Shown: positions 7,853 through 15,352 of the stretch, piece by piece
Layout: each line of letters opens with the position of its first letter
How positions within the stretch are numbered: the first letter of the stretch is position 1
Assembly: GCF_000023965.1 (NCBI RefSeq)
Contig: NC_013202.1
Span: 630,001-662,000 of the forward strand
Direction of reading: 5' to 3'
Source of the DNA: Halomicrobium mukohataei DSM 12286
GTDB taxonomy: Archaea; Halobacteriota; Halobacteria; Halobacteriales; Haloarculaceae
DNA: 32,000 bases
Program-made: the position numbers and the translations under genes
The notes under the pieces: model-generated
What the model was told of the DNA's origin: nothing
What the model saw: the letters and a program-made list of their open reading frames with translations, nothing else
The model's database searches: none

Positions 7853-9475
7853 ATGTTCGAGTTCGAACTCCCCGACCTCGGGGAAGGCGTCGCCGAGGGG
7901 GAGATCCTCGCGTGGCACGTCGAGCCGGGCGACCGCGTCGAAGAGGATCAGGTACTCGCGGAGGTAGAGACCGACAAGGCCGCCGTCGACGTGCCCTCGC
8001 CGGTCGCTGGCGTCGTCCGCGAACTGCACTACGAGCCCGGCGATATGGTCGAGACCGGTGCCGTCGTCGTGTCGATCGCGACGGACGAGGCCGACGACGA
8101 GACAGACGACGAGACAGACGAGGAAGCGGCGACGACGGCTGTCACCGACGAGTCGGCGGACAGCGAGCCGTCGGCCACGGGCGGCCGCGTGTTCGCGCCG
8201 CCGAACGTCCGTCGGCTCGCCCGCGAACTGGGCGTCGAGATCACTGCCGTCGACGGCAGCGGTCCGAGCGGCCGGATCACCGAGAGCGACGTGCGAGCGG
8301 CCGGCGAAGACGCGGCGTCCGCGGACGACGCCGAGGTCGAATCCGCCGTCAGCCGTGTCGACGACGGTGACGGCAGCGGCGTGAAGTCGGCCGTCAGACG
8401 GGTCGACGACGGCGACGAGGCCGACGACGAGCCAGTCGTGAACTCGGCCGTTGCCGCTGTCGACAGCGACGCCGAGCGGGACCGCTCGCTCGCGACACCG
8501 GCGACCCGCAAGCTCGCGAGCGACCTCGGGGTCGACATCGATGCCGTCCCGACCGACGAGAGCCGCGACGGCGAGCCCTACGTCGACGAGGCGGCGGTCC
8601 GGGCCTTCGCCGCGTCGGCCGACGAGACCGAGCGAGAGCGAGCCGCTGGGTCCACGGGACGGGCCGGGGAGCCGTCGACCGCGGACGGTGCGAGCGGTGA
8701 AGCCGCGAGCGCCGAGGGCCAACGCCGCGAGCCCTACCAGGGAGTTCGGCGGACGATCGGCCAGCGGATGGCCGAGTCCCGCCGGGAGATCCCACACGCG
8801 ACCCACCACGACCGGGCCGTCGTCGCGGGACTGGTCGACGCCCACGAGCGCCTCGAACCGCTGGCCGAGGAGCGCGGCGTGGACCTGACCTACACCCCGC
8901 TGCTGCTGAAGTGCGTTGCCGCGGCGCTCCGGGAGCATCCGATCCTGAACAGCGAACTCGACGCGGAAGCCGAGGAGATCGTCTACCACGACCGGGTCGA
9001 CCTCGGCGTCGCCGCGGCGACCGACCACGGCCTCGTCGTCCCCGTCGTCGAGCGCGTCGACGAGAAGGGACTGCTGGCCATCGCCCGCGAAGTGAACGAC
9101 CTCGTCGCCCGCGCACGCGACCGCGACCTCGCCCGCGAGGAGATGCAGGGCGGGACCTTCACCGTCACCAACTTCGGCGCGATCGGCGGCGAGTACGCCG
9201 ACCCGATCATCAACGCACCCCAGACGGCGATTCTCGGAACGGGCGCGCTGAAAGAGCGGCCGGTCGCAGAGGACGGGGAGACGCGAGCACAGCGAGGGTC
9301 TCCGAACGGCGAGCGGGGAGCACAGCGACCCGCGAGCGGCGAGGTCGTCGCGAGGGCGACCCTCCCGCTGTCGCTCGCGATCGACCACCGCGTGATCGAC
9401 GGGGCCGACGCTGCCCGCTTCGTCAACACGCTCAAGGAGTACCTCGCCGAGCCCAGTCTGCTGTTGCTGGAGTGA
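7853..9475 (+). CDS. 2-oxoacid dehydrogenase E2 (dihydrolipoamide acyltransferase)
   Basis: Lipoyl domain VETDKAAVDVPSP, subunit-binding domain PNVRRLARELGVEI..GSGPSGRI, and catalytic DHRVIDGA. It carries an unusual 20-aa insertion just before the catalytic His motif. Confidence 0.9.
   Translation: MFEFELPDLGEGVAEGEILAWHVEPGDRVEEDQVLAEVETDKAAVDVPSPVAGVVRELHYEPGDMVETGAVVVSIATDEADDETDDETDEEAATTAVTDESADSEPSATGGRVFAPPNVRRLARELGVEITAVDGSGPSGRITESDVRAAGEDAASADDAEVESAVSRVDDGDGSGVKSAVRRVDDGDEADDEPVVNSAVAAVDSDAERDRSLATPATRKLASDLGVDIDAVPTDESRDGEPYVDEAAVRAFAASADETERERAAGSTGRAGEPSTADGASGEAASAEGQRREPYQGVRRTIGQRMAESRREIPHATHHDRAVVAGLVDAHERLEPLAEERGVDLTYTPLLLKCVAAALREHPILNSELDAEAEEIVYHDRVDLGVAAATDHGLVVPVVERVDEKGLLAIAREVNDLVARARDRDLAREEMQGGTFTVTNFGAIGGEYADPIINAPQTAILGTGALKERPVAEDGETRAQRGSPNGERGAQRPASGEVVARATLPLSLAIDHRVIDGADAARFVNTLKEYLAEPSLLLLE
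8342..8470 (+). repeat. degenerate in-frame tandem repeat in the E2 linker (SAVxRVDDGD units); also GACGACGAGACA x2 at 8093-8116
   Basis: Units start at 8342, 8387 and 8444 and share TCGGCCGTCAGxCGxGTCGACGACGG. This looks like typical acidic linker expansion. Confidence 0.6.
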
Positions 9476-9600
9476 AGACAATTCGATCGGCGGACTCTCT
9501 CAGAGTCGCTGTCTGCTCGCGCGCATTTCGAGTCTTCGAGAGATGGAACCTTCGCAAACGTAGATCTCAAGACGAGATACGACGCATCTCTTCGATATAA

Positions 9601-9780
9601 CATCAACAAGAGTATCGACTTTAGCTGGTAAATAGAGCGACAAATCACTATTTTTTATTATAAATAATTATATGAATATTTTTATTATTTGTCGTATTAC
9701 GTACTGGCAATAGAATAATTGGAAATAGTCTTTAGAGAGCGAGAATAATAGAATATGGGCAGACAGACAAAGAAGTCATC
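9601..9780. other. sharply AT-rich tract (53 G+C in 180 nt by my count, about 29 %) between E2 and the PQQ-repeat gene
   Basis: I counted three 60-nt lines directly. The surrounding genes are visibly above 60 % G+C. Confidence 0.9.
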
Positions 9781-11086
9781 ACAAATACGTATGAGAGAAT
9801 TCGCTACCACCCGCCGTGAGATGATTCACAGCGGGTGCTCGTTGACTGGAGCCCTTCTCGGAACAGAAACTGTATCGTCTGCCCCGGGAGGCGATGAGTG
9901 GCAGGAGTTCGGTTTCGATACAGCTAACAGCGGTAACGGCCGGGAGAACCGAGGGCCGTCTACGGACATCGGAACCAGTTGGTCGTTCCAAACAGACGAC
10001 CAGATCACGTCGTCTCCCGCGGTCGTCGACGGGACCGTCTTCGTCGGCAGTCACGACGGAGCCCTCTACGCATTCGATGAGACAGACGGGACACTCGTTT
10101 GGCAGTTCGAAATGACCGAGCGCGTCCTCTCTTCGCCAGCCGTCGTCGACGGGACTGTCTTCGTCGGTAGCAACGGTCCAGACCGCGCCGTGTACGCCCT
10201 CGATACGGAGACGGGCGACGAGGTGTGGAACTACGAGGCGTCGAACTGGATTACAGCGTCGCCGACGGTGGTCGACGGTCACGTCTACGTCGTCGACGAC
10301 AACCAATGGGTGTACGCAATCGACGCTGCCGACGGATCGGAGCGATGGACCTTCGCCGGGACCGATTCGGTCCAACCACCACTCAAGACTGCCGGCGTGG
10401 CTGTCGCCAACGAGACGGTGTACTTCGGCAGTCGGGACAGCACCGTGTACGCACTCGACGCGAACGATGGAACAGAACGGTGGTCGTCGTCGACCGACGG
10501 TCAGATCGGGTCTCCGCCAGCCGTTGTAGATGGGTCGGTGTACGTGGGCAGCGACGACAATCACGTGTATGCCTTCGACGCCGAAGACGGACGTGAGCGC
10601 TGGCGATACGAAACCGGCTACTGGGTGGAAGCGTCACCTGCCGTCGTCGATGGAACGGTGTACGTCGGCAGCTTCGACGGAACGCTGTACGCCCTCTCGG
10701 CTGCCGACGGAACTGTCGAGTGGACGCGAAACGTCGGTGACGAGCTGGAATCGTCGCCGGCTGTGGTCGATGGCACGGTCTTCGTTGGCTCCGACGACAC
10801 GAAACTCCACGCGATTGACGCCGAGAACGGAACCCATCGCTGGGCGTTCCGAACCGGCGGACGCGTCGAGTCTTCCCCCGCAGTAGTAAACGAACGGGTC
10901 TATGTCGGAAGCAACGACGGAAACGTCTACGCGCTCAGTGGCGATGCACGGTCTGACTCGTCGATACCGGAACTGTCGATACGGAATCTGGGGATCGCTT
11001 CGGCCGCTGGCCTGCTCGGCGTGGGGTACCTCCTGCGTAGTCTAAAAACGGATACCGCTGAGACTGACACCAGCAACAGCGAGTAG
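9755..11086 (+). CDS. PQQ-like (BamB/YVTN-type) eight-bladed beta-propeller repeat protein, probably secreted and membrane-anchored
   Basis: Eight repeats of SSPAVVDGTVFVGSxDGxLYAxDxxDGxxxW. The N-terminus has a twin-arginine-like TTRREMI followed by SGC, a possible Tat lipobox. There is a C-terminal hydrophobic anchor GIASAAGLLGVGYLL. Alternative start at 9791. GC is lower than in the neighbouring genes. Confidence 0.85.
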   Translation: MGRQTKKSSQIRMREFATTRREMIHSGCSLTGALLGTETVSSAPGGDEWQEFGFDTANSGNGRENRGPSTDIGTSWSFQTDDQITSSPAVVDGTVFVGSHDGALYAFDETDGTLVWQFEMTERVLSSPAVVDGTVFVGSNGPDRAVYALDTETGDEVWNYEASNWITASPTVVDGHVYVVDDNQWVYAIDAADGSERWTFAGTDSVQPPLKTAGVAVANETVYFGSRDSTVYALDANDGTERWSSSTDGQIGSPPAVVDGSVYVGSDDNHVYAFDAEDGRERWRYETGYWVEASPAVVDGTVYVGSFDGTLYALSAADGTVEWTRNVGDELESSPAVVDGTVFVGSDDTKLHAIDAENGTHRWAFRTGGRVESSPAVVNERVYVGSNDGNVYALSGDARSDSSIPELSIRNLGIASAAGLLGVGYLLRSLKTDTAETDTSNSE

Positions 11087-11125
11087 ACAGAGATCGACGT
11101 CGTCGAAGCTTGCTGGCTGGACTAA

Positions 11126-11203
11126 TACTACCGGCTGTAAATCTGTCACAGATTTCGCCACCCCGGGGTGGCGAATATCTGAACGAAGTTACAGCCGGCA
11201 GTA
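11126..11203 (+). mobile_element. MITE copy A (78 bp), flanked by TAA/TAA direct repeats at 11123-11125 and 11204-11206
   Basis: The TIRs are TACTACCGGCTGTAA and TTACAGCCGGCAGTA, 14/15 complementary. Internal palindromes are AAATCTGTCACAGATTT and TTCGCCACCCCGGGGTGGCGAA. It is 76/78 identical to the copy at 29459-29536. Confidence 0.85.
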
Positions 11204-11217
11204 TAAATCAAGGGATA

Positions 11218-11401
11218 CCGATCATCAACGTCCGACAAACCGCCATTCTCGGAACGGGCGCGCTGAAAGAGCGGCCGGTCGCAGAGGACGGGGAGACGCG
11301 AGCACAGCGAGGGTCTCCGAACGGCGAGCGGGGACCACAGCGACCCGCGAGCGGCGAAGTCGTCGCGAGGGCGACCCTCCCGCTGTCGCTCGCGATCGAC
11401 C
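11218..11401 (+). pseudogene. 184-bp fragment duplicated from the 3' part of the E2 gene (matches 9203-9386), truncated on both sides
   Basis: Ungapped alignment at offset 2015. There are 7 mismatches in 9216-9229 and then 2 mismatches in 157 nt. It lacks the catalytic DHR motif and the whole N-terminal part of E2. Confidence 0.85.
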
Positions 11402-11514
11402 TCAGCACGACGAGTCAACATGCGCTGTCGGGCGAACTGGCAGTCGAGGACGCCCCGGCACCCGGCGACTGATCGACCCGAAGACATTCCTCGGTGACAC
11501 CCCACGGACCGACA

Positions 11515-12262
<748 letters not shown>

Positions 12263-12276
<14 letters not shown>

Positions 12277-13852
12277 CCTGCGGGACGGCGCGGTGCTTGC
12301 ACGCACCGAACTGCGGGCGCAGGTGCGCCGAATCGCGGGCAACCGCCGCCAGCTGGTCGGCGTCGTCGTCGGACTGCTCTCCTTTGGCCTGTTCTTCCCG
12401 CTGACCTTCCTGTCGCAGGTGCTCACCTTCGCCGAGGGGCTCGCAAGCGGGGCTCCGCCGCTGGCTCGCTTCGGGACGATCCTCGTGAGTGTCCTCACAG
12501 TCGGAGTGTACTTCGGGGCCGCGACGGCGATCAACCAGACCCGCGTGGGGGCGATCGGCCCGCTCGTGCGCACGTCGATCCCGCCGGAGGGGGTCGTCAT
12601 CGGACGATTCGCCAGCGAGACCCTCCAGGCGACGGCCTTCGCCGTCGTTCCGGGGGTCGTCCTGCTGGTCGTGCTGGTGGTCGGCGCTGGGACGCCCCTG
12701 CCCGCACTGCTCGTGCTCGCCGCCAGCCTCCCGCTGCTGGTGGCCGGTCTCGTCGCCGGGCGGACGATCGGCGCGACGGTCCGCTATCTCGGCTTGCTCT
12801 CGCGACTCTCGGCGTGGGGGAAGGCGGTCGTCCTCGTCGTCCTCGCCGGCACCGCCTTCGTCGGACTCCAGACGGCCATCCCGGCGGTGATGGGCGACGA
12901 CGGCGCGCCGTCGGTGTCGGCGCTGCTCCCCGGACAGCCGCTCCAGGCCTACGCCAGCGTCGTCGCCGCACCGCTGGGCGCGACACCGCGACCGCTGGGC
13001 GTGGCAGTGGCCGCGGTGGTGCTGGCCGCGGTTCCGGTCGGGCTGGCGGCGGCGCTGCGCATCGAGAGCGCGCTGCTGTTCGACGACCGCGGCGACCAGT
13101 CGGGCGACCAGCGGACGACGAGCCGATCGGTGCCCCGCGTGCTCGCGGCGACGCCCGCGACGCGCATCGCCTGGCGATACCTCCTGCGGACGCGCCGGAA
13201 TCCGAAGCTCGTCTCGCACCTCTCGATGGTGCTTTTCGGCGCGCTCGCCTTCGCGGGGAGCCTCGTCAGCCAGCCGGAGCTGCTGATGGACCTGGGCCCC
13301 GGGGCCGCCGTCGTCGCCGGGAGCGTCCTCGCGGGCGCGACTTTCTGTCTGAATCCGATGGGCGACGACCGCGAGCAGCTCCCGCTGTTGCTGACGAGCA
13401 CGGCCTCGACGAGACACCTCCTGCGGGGTCGAGTGGTGGGCGGACTGGTCGTCGGCGGGACCGTGGCACTGGGCGTCGGGCTCCCGCTGGGACTGGTGAG
13501 CGATCCACCCCTGCGCGTGCTCGGACGGACGCTCCTGACGCCCGTGGTCCTGCTCGCGGCGGCCGGGACGGCGCTCGGCGTCGGGGCCGTCGTCCCGAAG
13601 TTCGAGCGCAGCGAGTACATGAACGTCGAGCGCGCCCACCCCTCGACGCTCGGGACGCTCACCTACTTCTTCGGGACGCTGGTAGTGGTGGGCATCGGCC
13701 TCGCGCTCGTCTGGCTCTCGGTCGACGGGGGCGGTGGCCCGCTGCTGGTCGGGGCCTGGATCGTCTATCTGGCCGTCCTCGCGGCGACCGGCGTCGGCGG
13801 CTACCGCTACGCCGTCGGGAAGTTCGATCGGCTGACGATAGACGACGTCTAG
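12263..13852 (+). CDS. polytopic membrane protein, putative permease partner of the ABC ATPase
   Basis: 529 aa with many hydrophobic helices. Its start overlaps the ATPase stop. No specific family recognised. Confidence 0.7.
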
Positions 13853-15210
13853 TCGCCGGACGGCCCCGACTCGTCGGTGGCGTCGCCGGGACGGTCGTAG
13901 GCACCCCGAGCGGCGAGTCGGGCGCGCTCGCGGACGATCGCTGGCGTCCGGCACCGACCCGGCTCGCCGGCCACCTGCGGGACGGTACAGTTGTTGCAAC
14001 TGGCACACAGCGCGTCCGCACCGGCGAGCAGGCGCGCGCCGAGTCGCGGCTCGGCGTAGAACGGCCGCCCCATCCCGACCAGATCCGCGGCCGGCGGCCG
14101 GTCGGCCCCACCGAGCAGTCGGTCACAGGTCGCTCGCTCGCGGATCCCGCCCTCGCACAGCACGGGCGCGTCGACCCGTTCACGGACCGCTCGACAGAGG
14201 TCGGCGTTCCAGCCGGGCTCGCGGTCGAACTGTCGGGCCTGCAAGCGGTTGAGGAGCGAAACGGCGCGGGCTCGAAGCGGGCCGCCAAAGGCCGCCGCGT
14301 ACTCCCCTCGCAGGTCCGCTGCCGACCACGCCCGGTCGGGATAGGCCCCACGGACGATGCTCATGTCCCAGAACGTCGACACCGCGACCGGGACCACGGC
14401 GTCGTAGCCCGCCGCGACGAGATCGCTCGCGAGGCCGACGGCGTCGTCGAACGAGAGGTGTCGGCGGACGAAGGCCGGCGCGGCGGTCTCGGCCGGCACC
14501 TTCGTCACCAGCGCCACGTCGTCGGCGTGCTCGCGGACGGCGTCGTGGATCGCTTCGAGGAACCGCCGCCCGCCCGCCGCCGGCTCGCCGGGGTCGGGAC
14601 CGAACTCGTCGTCTCGCCGATTGAAGAGGGGCGAACAGAACTGCTGGAGCAGGCTCATGTTCGCCCCCGAGAGGTGGATGCCGTCGTAGCCGGCGTCGGC
14701 GGCGTACCCCGCAACGCGGCCGAACTGGGCGGCCAGCTCGTACACCTCGCTGGTGTCGAGGACGCGCGGAGAGAGGTCGATCAGCCCCGCGCGGTCGAGG
14801 ACCCGGAGCTGCCACGGCGGACGCGAGACGGCCAGTTGTTCGAGCTGTGGATTCTGGCTGCGGTAGCCGGCGTGCCACACCGCCATGCTGCGCAGCCCGC
14901 CCTGTGCGAGCTGGAGGAAGATCCGGCCGCCGTGGTCGTGGATCGCGCCGGTGAGCCGTTCGAGCCCGGCGACGAACTCGGGGTCGTGGACCCGCGTCAT
15001 GTTCGGCGCGGCACAGCCGCCCTCTCCGGTGACGACCGACGCGCCCTGGAAGACGAGGCCGACGCCCGAGGCGGCGGTCGGTTCGAGTTCGTCGATCAGG
15101 GTCTCGACCGCGCCTTCGCCGTTGCCGGCACACTCCAGCAGCGGCGCACGATACAGTCTGTTGGGCACGGTGACGCCGCCGATGTCGACCGGCTCGTCGA
15201 GGCGCGCCAT
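13849..15210 (-). CDS. NADH:flavin oxidoreductase, Old Yellow Enzyme / 2,4-dienoyl-CoA reductase-like TIM-barrel
   Basis: Begins MARLDEPVDIGGVTVPNRLYRAPL. There is a C-terminal Cys cluster CASCNNC...C. The internal ATG at 15210 is preferred over the ORF-track start at 15318, whose N-terminus is Arg/Pro-rich. Confidence 0.8.
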   Translation of the reverse strand: MARLDEPVDIGGVTVPNRLYRAPLLECAGNGEGAVETLIDELEPTAASGVGLVFQGASVVTGEGGCAAPNMTRVHDPEFVAGLERLTGAIHDHGGRIFLQLAQGGLRSMAVWHAGYRSQNPQLEQLAVSRPPWQLRVLDRAGLIDLSPRVLDTSEVYELAAQFGRVAGYAADAGYDGIHLSGANMSLLQQFCSPLFNRRDDEFGPDPGEPAAGGRRFLEAIHDAVREHADDVALVTKVPAETAAPAFVRRHLSFDDAVGLASDLVAAGYDAVVPVAVSTFWDMSIVRGAYPDRAWSAADLRGEYAAAFGGPLRARAVSLLNRLQARQFDREPGWNADLCRAVRERVDAPVLCEGGIRERATCDRLLGGADRPPAADLVGMGRPFYAEPRLGARLLAGADALCASCNNCTVPQVAGEPGRCRTPAIVRERARLAARGAYDRPGDATDESGPSGD

Positions 15211-15352
15211 CGTCCGGTCGTCGGACCGAACGATCGTAAGTGTGCGGGTCGTTGGCAGTCGTCCCGGAAGCGGTCGGAGCCGTCGGGAGGGCCACGCGCG
15301 GCCGAACCAGCTACTCATTTAGTCCCCGGGATTCATGGGGTCAACAAGAACG

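Noticed and set aside
6818-9481. Very long antisense or out-of-frame ORFs: 6818-9481 minus, 11402-14008 minus, 12814-15846 plus, 15356-17857 minus, 21563-23893 plus, 25532-28171 minus, 4447-5706 minus and others.
   Set aside because: They are Arg/Pro/Gly-rich shadow frames overlapping genes with clear family motifs. Stop-poor alternative frames are expected in DNA this GC-rich.
9601-9780. The AT-rich tract as a possible replication origin.
   Set aside because: I could find no repeated origin-recognition-box-like motifs flanking it, and no orc1/cdc6 gene is adjacent. It is more simply an acquired intergenic or promoter region.
11166-11177. The MITE encodes GGEY and E2 has IGGEYADPIIN just upstream of the duplicated fragment, hinting that the MITE might derive from E2.
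   Set aside because: Only four residues match (9 of 12 nt) and there is no flanking similarity. It is most likely coincidence.
11110-11472. 120-aa ORF spanning MITE copy A and the E2 fragment.
   Set aside because: It has a TTG start and no promoter or family signal. It consists of a transposon-derived peptide fused to a truncated E2 piece that lacks the catalytic motif. I treat it as a pseudogene or chimeric relic, not a gene.
13849-13852. Convergent permease and OYE genes overlap at their stop codons (CTAG).
   Set aside because: This is real but trivial. Such compact convergent ends are common and imply nothing beyond tight packing.
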